A stretch of 35,059 nucleotides of DNA from a virus: UHGV virus genome UHGV-1502588; one strand, written 5' to 3'. The position numbers and the translations under genes were made by a program. How positions within the stretch are numbered: position 1 is the first letter of the stretch; every line of letters begins with the position of its first letter. This document shows positions 1 through 6,736 of this stretch, piece by piece. Below the pieces are notes generated by a model. It did no database searches, was not told where the DNA came from, and was given only the letters and a program-made list of their open reading frames with translations.

Positions 1-21
1 AAAACCACCCGGAGGTGGTTT
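1..21 (-). terminator. Rho-independent terminator hairpin of the host tRNA operon, downstream of the tRNA-Leu site
   Basis: Minus strand reads AAACCACCTCCGGGTGGTTTT: a 7-bp stem (AACCACC/GGTGGTT) followed by a T-run. It lies just 3' of the tRNA fragment in the tRNA's own orientation. Confidence 0.4.
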
Positions 22-63
22 CACGACACTGCTTATTGCTTTGATTATTCTACTTTATCCCAA

Positions 64-118
64 TGGTACCCGGAGTGGGACTTGAACCCACACAGCGCGA
101 ACGCCGAGGGATTTTAAA
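64..118 (-). other. Attachment-site core: 55-nt 3' fragment of tRNA-Leu(UAA) (anticodon-loop 3' half, long variable arm, T-arm, acceptor 3' end with CCA); no 5' half present
   Basis: Reverse complement reads TTTAAAATCCCTCGGCGTTCGCGCTGTGTGGGTTCAAGTCCCACTCCGGGTACCA. This matches the 3' portion of enterobacterial leuZ-type tRNA-Leu(UAA), including the GGTTCAAGTCC T-loop. The sequence 5' of it (positions 119 onward) is not tRNA-like. Confidence 0.75.
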
Positions 119-257
119 TTGGTTGTGAAATATATAATTATCAATCACATACAATTTTATTCCGAACATAGAATACTATTTGAGCACTTAACAATCAAAT
201 GGTTACGCCATTCGCAGCCAGCATCTTCTGACAGAAAAACATCCACATAAGCAAATA

Positions 258-497
258 TTATTCAGTTGCACGGTACCAGGATTGCCAGCGGTAAAGGTTT
301 GTTCTTAGCTCCCGCACGCACTCCGCCGTCTGTGTATCCGCAATTAAATCAGCATGGCTATCACCGCCGGCGTTACTTATCCTGCATGGCTGGTTCATCA
401 AATCCGGGGATATTGTTGGCCGCGTCGATTGCTCGCTGGCGCAGCTGCACAGCAGCAGGATCAAACTGGCACTTAGTATGATTCGGGTCGTTGACAT
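258..497 (-). CDS. o-spanin (Rz1-like outer-membrane lipoprotein), overlapping the 3' half of the i-spanin gene in another frame
   Basis: The 79-aa protein has a signal peptide ending in the lipobox-like LLLCSC. The mature part is Pro/Ser-rich. The gene starts inside the Rz gene and extends past it (overlapped spanin architecture). Confidence 0.6.
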   Translation of the reverse strand: MSTTRIILSASLILLLCSCASEQSTRPTISPDLMNQPCRISNAGGDSHADLIADTQTAECVRELRTNLYRWQSWYRATE

Positions 498-732
498 ATT
501 TCACCACATCACGATAAACGGTACGGTAAATTACCTTGGCTTCTGCGTTCGCCGTTGCCGCCTTCTGCTCTCCGGCTGCTACATCCTTTTCCTGCTTCTT
601 TTCCCGCGTCTTCGCCTGGCTATTAATATGCTCAGAATGCGCGTACCAGCCTTTCAAATACCCGGCATAGAAAACGCCGGCGGTCAGCGCCAGCGATATA
701 CCCGCGATAAGCAATTTCGTTTTGCCATTCAT
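373..732 (-). CDS. i-spanin (Rz-like, N-terminal TM anchor plus periplasmic coiled coil)
   Basis: The N-terminus [26 protein letters not shown] is a single TM helix, followed by a charged coiled-coil region. The ATG overlaps the endolysin stop (ATGA). Position is last in the lysis cassette. Confidence 0.65.
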   Translation of the reverse strand: MNGKTKLLIAGISLALTAGVFYAGYLKGWYAHSEHINSQAKTREKKQEKDVAAGEQKAATANAEAKVIYRTVYRDVVKYVNDPNHTKCQFDPAAVQLRQRAIDAANNIPGFDEPAMQDK

Positions 733-1265
733 TCGTAAAGTCCCCAGCACGTCAGCGCACTTTCCTGATCGCGGCGGTCAACCTGCCCGTAACAGCCGTT
801 GGCCTGCCCCTTCGTCAACCGGCAATCCCGGCCGCCATCAAATACCCAGCGCCGGATCTCCGCGCATGCCCCTTTGCGGTCGCCGGCATTCAGCTTGCGA
901 TAAAACGTCGAAGGGAAGCATTTACCCGGCCCAATGTTGTACGGGCAAAAGCTGGCAATGCCGACTTTCTGCGGCTCAGTTAGCGGAACATGAACATTCT
1001 TTTGTACCCACGCCAGCGCCTTATCGCGTTCGATTGCGTTGTAATGGTCACACTGGCTCTGCGTTAACTTCATCCCCTTCACTACCGGGTGGCCATCGAT
1101 GCGCGTTACCCCCCGGCATATTGACCAAACCCCACCGGGATCGATAACCGCCGTTAGCGTGTTACCTTCGCGTTCACCAATAAACTGATCGAACAGTACC
1201 GGCGCTGACGCACCGGCGGCCAGAAGCGCCAGCATAGCGGCACTGAATTTAGCTTTGTTGCTCAT
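729..1265 (-). CDS. SAR endolysin (phage lysozyme family, R21/P1 Lyz-like)
   Basis: Starts [23 protein letters not shown], a weakly hydrophobic Gly/Ala-rich signal-anchor-release domain. Followed by [10 protein letters not shown] and GACAEIRRW, close to the phage 21 R motifs GVWTVCHGHT and GACDQLRRW. The start overlaps the holin 3' end. Confidence 0.8.
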   Translation of the reverse strand: MSNKAKFSAAMLALLAAGASAPVLFDQFIGEREGNTLTAVIDPGGVWSICRGVTRIDGHPVVKGMKLTQSQCDHYNAIERDKALAWVQKNVHVPLTEPQKVGIASFCPYNIGPGKCFPSTFYRKLNAGDRKGACAEIRRWVFDGGRDCRLTKGQANGCYGQVDRRDQESALTCWGLYE

Positions 1266-1479
1266 ATTCTCGCGCCTTCCGCCGGTCGTCTTTGATTTTG
1301 AAATACAGATTGGTGAGGTAGGTAAGTAACCCAAAAACAATACTGGCCAGTACGCCGATTGCCGCCCATTGACTGGGACTGACCTTATCGAGAAGTTGCA
1401 GCAACCAGTAGCTGCCGCTCACGGTGGATGTTATATACGACGTTCCCGCCGCTATATCCGGCAAATTCTTCATTCGCAT
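1249..1479 (-). CDS. Class II pinholin (S21-like) with dual start (antiholin from M1, holin from M3)
   Basis: [47 protein letters not shown] is near-identical in pattern to the phage 21 S pinholin. The N-terminus is MRMK (Met1-Arg-Met3), a dual-start motif. A strong RBS GGGGGTAAGG sits upstream. Confidence 0.8.
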   Translation of the reverse strand: MRMKNLPDIAAGTSYITSTVSGSYWLLQLLDKVSPSQWAAIGVLASIVFGLLTYLTNLYFKIKDDRRKAREYEQQS

Positions 1480-1535
1480 GCCTTACCCCCACGGGGATCA
1501 CTGTATGTAGTGATGCGAGGGTAAGGCTTAGTATT

Positions 1536-1553
1536 GGTCGGAATCCTGACTAA
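1536..1553 (-). promoter_or_regulatory. Late-unit motif copy A (TTAGTCAGGATTCCGACC on the minus strand), about 65 nt 5' of the lysis cassette
   Basis: One of four near-identical 18-mers (see findings). It lies in the intergenic gap between the 85-aa ORF and the holin. Confidence 0.5.
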
Positions 1554-1557
1554 CTTC

Positions 1558-1815
1558 TTACGGGCTTAGTAATTTAAGTGCTTTTTCGATCACTAGCTTT
1601 TCTTGCTCAGGATTTCCACCGGCTGCGATGAATTCATCTTGCAGGCTAATCACCTGTGCATCCAAAGAATCATCACACACTATCGCACTTTCGGTAATAA
1701 ACTTGTCTCGTAGTTTGATCTGCTCGGTCGTAATATCCAGACCTGATATATTGCTAAAGTAATCAATTATCCCACGATACAGATAATCAACCTGCTTAGT
1801 TTCTGTGCCATTCAT
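1558..1815 (-). CDS. Hypothetical protein downstream of the tailspike (possible tailspike chaperone or accessory protein); AT-rich
   Basis: Clean 85-aa ORF whose ATG sits 3 nt after the tailspike stop. Its AT-rich composition matches the exchanged C-terminal part of the tailspike gene. Confidence 0.45.
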   Translation of the reverse strand: MNGTETKQVDYLYRGIIDYFSNISGLDITTEQIKLRDKFITESAIVCDDSLDAQVISLQDEFIAAGGNPEQEKLVIEKALKLLSP

Positions 1816-1818
1816 ATT

Positions 1819-4161
1819 TTAGTTCCCGTACATTCTTAACCCTATTTCTTTAAGGGTATTATTTGCCACACCGTTCGAGTATGTAACTCGCAGGTACATT
1901 GTGTTATCAACGCCTGAGCTAGCCCCCTCTACGGGTAAATATCCTGGCGAAGATGATTGAACATCTGCGGAGACTGACCAGATACCGTCCCCGTTTGCAC
2001 GGGCGGAAACCGATGCCGATAAAAGTACTATAGGGTCTGTTCCATTCCCGTCCACAGCAGACATTGAAATTACATCAATCGTACATACCGAATCCGTAGC
2101 CGCTGCCGCAGCTCCCACACTAAAATCACCGTATGCTGTAAATCCTGAAACAGCGATAGCACCTTCAGGGATCTTATATAAAAAAGTTGCAGTAGCACCG
2201 TTGTTAAATTTCACAGAATTATTAGAATTCCATGATGAAAGAGAAGTAAACGGCGTTCGCAGTATATCCAATGGGCGCAACCACGTAAATTTACGACGCC
2301 ACCCACCAATCGTATTATTGATCAGATACCAGTATTTAATGTTTGCACTGGCTTCGCTTATAGTTATTGAATCCGGCTTGCTCTTAAACCGGTTTCCCGT
2401 TGCATTAGCATTTCTGAAAAACAACTCTTGAAGGCAGTTGGTCGCTTTGATGTTAGAAAACACCGCATACTTACCGGTTACGCCCAGCGCTTGATCGCAA
2501 TTGTTCGCCTCAACCCCATCTATAAAGTTTGGGTTATTTGCATCATTCGTTGTTGCATCGACATAAAATGTACTGACGGCCGATTTAGCATTACCCATTT
2601 TTATGTTTTTAACCAAACAACCTTTGGAGTTGTTGATTAAAATACCTTCGGAGGAAACCGTCCGCCCAAGGTTTGGGACGTTAATATCTCTTATAACGCA
2701 ATCTTCTGTGAAATTAAGCGCCCCAAAACTACCGTTACTGGTGCCCGCGGTCAGTGGTGTTTCAAGGGAGCCCTCTGATATTTCACAATTTGTCGAGTTT
2801 GCAAAGAAAAAGCCAGCGTAATAAGTTCTAACGAGATCGGCTTTAATGACTCGCATATTATGAATTTTCACGTCATAACACGAAGGTGTATTCGGCGTGA
2901 CATCGGAACCCACATTGACACCCTCAGTCCATCCATTGAACACAGGGTTCAGTATTCTGACGTGTTGCGCATTCACGCAGTTAATAGCAAAACCTCCCCA
3001 GTATGTCGGATCGGTATAATATGCTTTTATTACCGGGTTTATGAAATTCACACGCTCAGCCTGAACGAACTGCTGATTATCACGAATATACTGTTTTTGC
3101 GCCGGGTCAGTGAACGCTGCATTAACTATTGAGCCAGGATATGCACCAGACTGGAACAAACTCCATGCCAAATCAAAGTTAAACTCCCGGCTGCTTCCAA
3201 TGATAAAACCACCACGGCCTGTAGTCGCGGAACGAGGATTGATAAACTCCATGGAGCCGCCGCCCACAAACATCACTGTCGTATTCGAATGCGGGAAAAG
3301 ACAAAAATCGACACAGTATTCATCATCAATGATGACCAGCCCACCGCCGTTATCACGTACAGCGTTAAACATTTTCTGGAAACACAATGAATTATCGTGT
3401 GCAAATCCAAGGCCGCCGTTATCTGTATTACCCGCCTTTGCATGAAACATTGCTGGTGTAACCATGTTTTTAACAAGATCAAACAGGTTGCCTGATAACG
3501 GCATGCCAATTAAAGACGTACCAAAATACGCTGCTAATTTTAAAGCGAGATCTGCAGTTTGCGTTTGACCTGCGATAGCAACAGGATCCCCAAAACTATT
3601 AAACCCTAACAGCATCTGCTCGCGAACTTCTACTGGGGGAACCACCCCTACCATCTGCTCAGGAACTCTCAGCACTCTGTTAAGATTCGTTTTTACAGTC
3701 TGACTTACATATTTTTTTGTTGCTGCGTCCTGGTCATTGACAGGGTCAGCAAGGTTTTCGATTCGGTAGCCTTTGGCGTTGAATGGCCCCCCAAAAAAAG
3801 GACGGGTAAGAGCAAACCCAAGATCAATAAACGCGCGCTGGATAGCCATCCAGATACGGTCGAAATCCTTATTGACGGTATCCGCCAGGAGGTCGCCGTT
3901 ATCCTGGTAATCAGTAAGCCGGTATGTCGGTACCACACGTTCGAGCATGACAACCGCACCATTCGCCGGCGGCGTCAGAAACGTAATATCTCCGCCGTCT
4001 TTGTTACCAACGCCGGATACGGTATAGCCGCTGGCAACAACGGAACCATTGATACTTACTTCTAAATCACTGGCGCTGATGATGTAGAATTCGTAAGTAA
4101 ATACGGTTGTCTGTCCGTTGGCCGTATAGATGTTGTAAGGAATTTGGTTAGGTACCGACAT
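1819..4161 (-). CDS. Tail fiber/tailspike: T7 gp17-like N-terminal adaptor domain plus right-handed beta-helix (pectate-lyase-like) capsule depolymerase domain
   Basis: The N-terminal 150 aa (TTVFTYEFYIISASDLEVSINGSVV...DNGDLLADTVNKDFDRIW) follows the T7 tail-fiber N-domain pattern. The remaining 600 aa are Asn/Gly/Ser/Thr-rich with beta-helix repeats. Start chosen at MSVPNQIPYN (GGAG RBS), 18 nt after the terminase stop. Confidence 0.8.
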   Translation of the reverse strand: MSVPNQIPYNIYTANGQTTVFTYEFYIISASDLEVSINGSVVASGYTVSGVGNKDGGDITFLTPPANGAVVMLERVVPTYRLTDYQDNGDLLADTVNKDFDRIWMAIQRAFIDLGFALTRPFFGGPFNAKGYRIENLADPVNDQDAATKKYVSQTVKTNLNRVLRVPEQMVGVVPPVEVREQMLLGFNSFGDPVAIAGQTQTADLALKLAAYFGTSLIGMPLSGNLFDLVKNMVTPAMFHAKAGNTDNGGLGFAHDNSLCFQKMFNAVRDNGGGLVIIDDEYCVDFCLFPHSNTTVMFVGGGSMEFINPRSATTGRGGFIIGSSREFNFDLAWSLFQSGAYPGSIVNAAFTDPAQKQYIRDNQQFVQAERVNFINPVIKAYYTDPTYWGGFAINCVNAQHVRILNPVFNGWTEGVNVGSDVTPNTPSCYDVKIHNMRVIKADLVRTYYAGFFFANSTNCEISEGSLETPLTAGTSNGSFGALNFTEDCVIRDINVPNLGRTVSSEGILINNSKGCLVKNIKMGNAKSAVSTFYVDATTNDANNPNFIDGVEANNCDQALGVTGKYAVFSNIKATNCLQELFFRNANATGNRFKSKPDSITISEASANIKYWYLINNTIGGWRRKFTWLRPLDILRTPFTSLSSWNSNNSVKFNNGATATFLYKIPEGAIAVSGFTAYGDFSVGAAAAATDSVCTIDVISMSAVDGNGTDPIVLLSASVSARANGDGIWSVSADVQSSSPGYLPVEGASSGVDNTMYLRVTYSNGVANNTLKEIGLRMYGN

Positions 4162-4178
4162 AGGGGAAGCTCCGGCGG

Positions 4179-5789
4179 CTAGTAATCTACAGCGACCGAA
4201 ATGTCGCCATCGTATGGCTGCCAATGCTCCCTCGCCTGCGCGGTCGGAATCCCGACTAATTTCCCGATACGTACAGGCGTAGCGCTGATCGCACCGGATC
4301 CAGAATCGATATAGTCGTCTGGCTGGTTAGTTAACGCCGGGTTGAAATCCCGCATCTGGTCGTACATGGGGCCGTCGAGAACGTCGGTATGCGCCCACAG
4401 GAACCGGGACGACAACGGCGCTTCGAATGCATCGAGGATGCGCTTTTGTTTGTTGGTGACGCTGAATTCTTCCCGTACGCCGCAGCCGGTACCCTTCAGC
4501 GCCTGAATAAGCAACTTCCCGGCGAAACTGCCGGGGCCGTTCACTTCTACACATACCAGCGGGATCTGGTACTTCAGCACCAGCTCTTTAATCTGCATCA
4601 CCTGACCGCCGGTGATTTTGTCGTTGTCGTCAAACTCTGCCAGCTCGCCAGTTAACCCCTGGCAAACATGCCAGTAAAGATGCCCGCGGGCGTCGGTGAA
4701 AATAAGGGAAAATGCCGAGGCGTCGGCCTTAACTTTGCCGGTGGCCACATCCCACCAGGCGACAGCGCCGACGATTTGCGTCTGGCCCAGCCACATCGAG
4801 CAGGAACGGTTCGCATAGCGAATTTCAGGCTGGACGTTGTACTCGCGGATACGGTCGGGATCGAGACGAACCTCGCCAACCGGTTTACTGTGCAGCTGGT
4901 ACTGGCTATCCCATTCGTTGACGGTGCGGCACTCTTTACGGCGCAGCAGTAATTCATCATGATCGAAACGGCCTGGCCACGCGCAGCCGGCATAAAAATC
5001 CACGACAGTTTCAGGCGGTGCCGCGAACTCCACACCGTCTTCCGTCAATCGATAATCAGTACCCTCGATCAATAACCGGGCGGCTTTGTGGATCCCCACG
5101 AAAACATATTCCGGGCGGAACGGTATCCGGTATCGTTTTTTGGTTGCCTTCTTCGCTTCGACGCGGTGCTCTTTATCGAATAGCTTTATCGTTAGGCAAT
5201 CGGCGCCCTCTGCTTCTTTCTCGTCGTAAAGGCTATCATGGGTATGCGGCGTACCGATAAACAATTTCCGGCCTCCGGGTATCAAAATATGCGTCTGCTC
5301 GCTTAGGCGATAGCGTAGTTTTTCGCGAGCCTCCGGAGTCTGGATATTGCCGGGCACCTCCACGTCATCATTCTGGCACTCGTTGGCACGGGCGCCGGTG
5401 ACGTTCGACAGAATGCCTTTAGCGAACATGCTGGCGTTACGCATATCCAGCGCGCCGTTTACCCACCATTGCTCGATGGTACCGATGCCGTCCGGCAACA
5501 TGCCTTTCGTCAGAGGGTGATTGCGCAGAACGTTTTGTGTATCGCGGCTGGTCTTTCTGGCAGTTGTATCGGATTCCGACTGATGCAGAATACGGTACTG
5601 GCGATCGCAGTAATACCGCCAGGCGTTATAAACGCCCAGGATAGTTGATTTACCAAAGCCACGAAAACAGCGAAGCACCGCGAGGTTTCCGCGATGCTCC
5701 AGCCAGTGGCAGGCTTTATAGTGGCAGTCCGGCACATCCCAGTTCATCCGTTCTGCCCACATCAAAAAGAAGGCCAGGAACGAAATCAT
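4179..5789 (-). CDS. Terminase large subunit, T7 gp19-like (DNA maturase B)
   Basis: LRCFRGFGKSTILGVYNAWRYY...ILHQSESDTTARK parallels T7 gp19 LQAFRGIGKSFITCAFVVW...ILIVSASKERAD (Walker A). IGTPHTHDSLYDE parallels LGTPQTEMTLYKE. The ATGA overlaps the upstream small gene. Confidence 0.85.
   Translation of the reverse strand: MISFLAFFLMWAERMNWDVPDCHYKACHWLEHRGNLAVLRCFRGFGKSTILGVYNAWRYYCDRQYRILHQSESDTTARKTSRDTQNVLRNHPLTKGMLPDGIGTIEQWWVNGALDMRNASMFAKGILSNVTGARANECQNDDVEVPGNIQTPEAREKLRYRLSEQTHILIPGGRKLFIGTPHTHDSLYDEKEAEGADCLTIKLFDKEHRVEAKKATKKRYRIPFRPEYVFVGIHKAARLLIEGTDYRLTEDGVEFAAPPETVVDFYAGCAWPGRFDHDELLLRRKECRTVNEWDSQYQLHSKPVGEVRLDPDRIREYNVQPEIRYANRSCSMWLGQTQIVGAVAWWDVATGKVKADASAFSLIFTDARGHLYWHVCQGLTGELAEFDDNDKITGGQVMQIKELVLKYQIPLVCVEVNGPGSFAGKLLIQALKGTGCGVREEFSVTNKQKRILDAFEAPLSSRFLWAHTDVLDGPMYDQMRDFNPALTNQPDDYIDSGSGAISATPVRIGKLVGIPTAQAREHWQPYDGDISVAVDY
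4242..4259 (-). promoter_or_regulatory. Late-unit motif copy B (TTAGTCGGGATTCCGACC), inside the 3' end of terL, about 85 nt 5' of the tailspike start
   Basis: Conserved 18-mer; see findings. Confidence 0.5.
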
Positions 5790-6133
5790 TTTTTGCCTTT
5801 GTGTTGCAGCCTCTCGATGACTTCCAGCGCTTTACGCTCAGCAGCTGCTACTTGCTGACCTAACTGGAACGCTTCATCGTCCGGATCTTCTCCGCCGGGC
5901 TTCGGCGTTCCTCCGCGAGTATGCATACCAATTAGTGAATGGACTTTTACCAGCAGGGTTAGCGATGCGGCCGCATTCTTCTTATGCCAGTACCGATCGC
6001 CGCGTTCCTGTTTGGTGTGCTTTGTGATTTCCTTCCCTGCCCCCGGCCAGTTGTCCGGATCGGCTTCTTCCAGAACTACATCTGTGAGCTTATCGCTAAG
6101 AGCAGTAAGGCGAGTTTTGTAATCTGAATGCAT
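5786..6133 (-). CDS. Putative terminase small subunit (positional equivalent of T7 gp18)
   Basis: 115-aa ORF translationally coupled (ATGA) to terL. No confident sequence signature, so the call is by synteny. The start codon is abutted by a hairpin plus U6 with no SD. Confidence 0.45.
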   Translation of the reverse strand: MHSDYKTRLTALSDKLTDVVLEEADPDNWPGAGKEITKHTKQERGDRYWHKKNAAASLTLLVKVHSLIGMHTRGGTPKPGGEDPDDEAFQLGQQVAAAERKALEVIERLQHKGKK

Positions 6134-6162
6134 AAAAAAGCCCCGTAGTTATCCATAGGGCT
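6134..6162 (-). terminator. Hairpin plus U6 element on the minus strand, directly abutting the terS start codon (terminator, attenuator or processing site)
   Basis: Minus strand reads AGCCCTATGGATAACTACGGGGCTTTTTTATG: a 5-6 bp stem, 14-nt loop and T6, then ATG. Confidence 0.4.
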
Positions 6163-6180
6163 ATGATGTATTCTTTCAAA

Positions 6181-6198
6181 GGTCGGAATCCTGACTAT
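6181..6198 (-). promoter_or_regulatory. Late-unit motif copy C (ATAGTCAGGATTCCGACC), 5' of the hairpin and terminase genes
   Basis: Conserved 18-mer. It lies between the moron and terS. Confidence 0.5.
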
Positions 6199-6214
6199 CA
6201 CAAGGAACATTAGA

Positions 6215-6736
6215 ATGAAAAAACTCATCCCATTATTGCTAATTTTTCCCTTTACTGCCTCTGCCTCCACAGATTTAATTGAGGATTCAGGATATATCGT
6301 CCCAATATCAGGCCCAGGAATACAAATTACTAACCCGTACACTGACTATAAGGTCATTAGCGGTATCGATAACGGTAAAAAAATTGTACTAAATGTGTCA
6401 GTATTAAACCTACGTTCCTACAAGGAGAATGCAGACCTAAGCGAATCTAATAAAAATTATGCGGAAGGAAGTAAAACTGTATTCAGTTACGGCGATAACG
6501 CTTACACAAAGGATTTTATAAAATTCTCCTCGGAAGCAGCTATAAATTCGACAAAAGAAGACCTAAAAAAATTATATTGTACGCCTGATGGTATTTACCC
6601 TATGTCCTCACAGGAGAGACTATTCTACGAAGCACGGAAAGAACATAAGACAATAATGCTCAATTACTACAGTGATTCAGGAAAAACCCTCATATTTGGG
6701 TTTGGGGTTTCTCCAGAATCATGTAAATCGAAATAG
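6215..6736 (+). CDS. Moron: secreted/periplasmic protein of unknown function, AT-rich, on the opposite strand to the virion operon
   Basis: N-terminus MKKLIPLLLIFPFTASAST is a classical Sec signal peptide with an AxA site. RBS AAGGAAC. The GC content is clearly lower than its neighbours. Its stop TAG directly abuts the stop (CTA) of the convergent internal virion protein gene. Confidence 0.7.
   Translation: MKKLIPLLLIFPFTASASTDLIEDSGYIVPISGPGIQITNPYTDYKVISGIDNGKKIVLNVSVLNLRSYKENADLSESNKNYAEGSKTVFSYGDNAYTKDFIKFSSEAAINSTKEDLKKLYCTPDGIYPMSSQERLFYEARKEHKTIMLNYYSDSGKTLIFGFGVSPESCKSK

Noticed and set aside
64-125. Complete tRNA-Leu gene.
   Set aside because: Only the 3' 55 nt match. The sequence where the D-arm and anticodon 5' half should be (119 onward on the minus strand) is unrelated, so this is the att core duplicate, not a functional tRNA.
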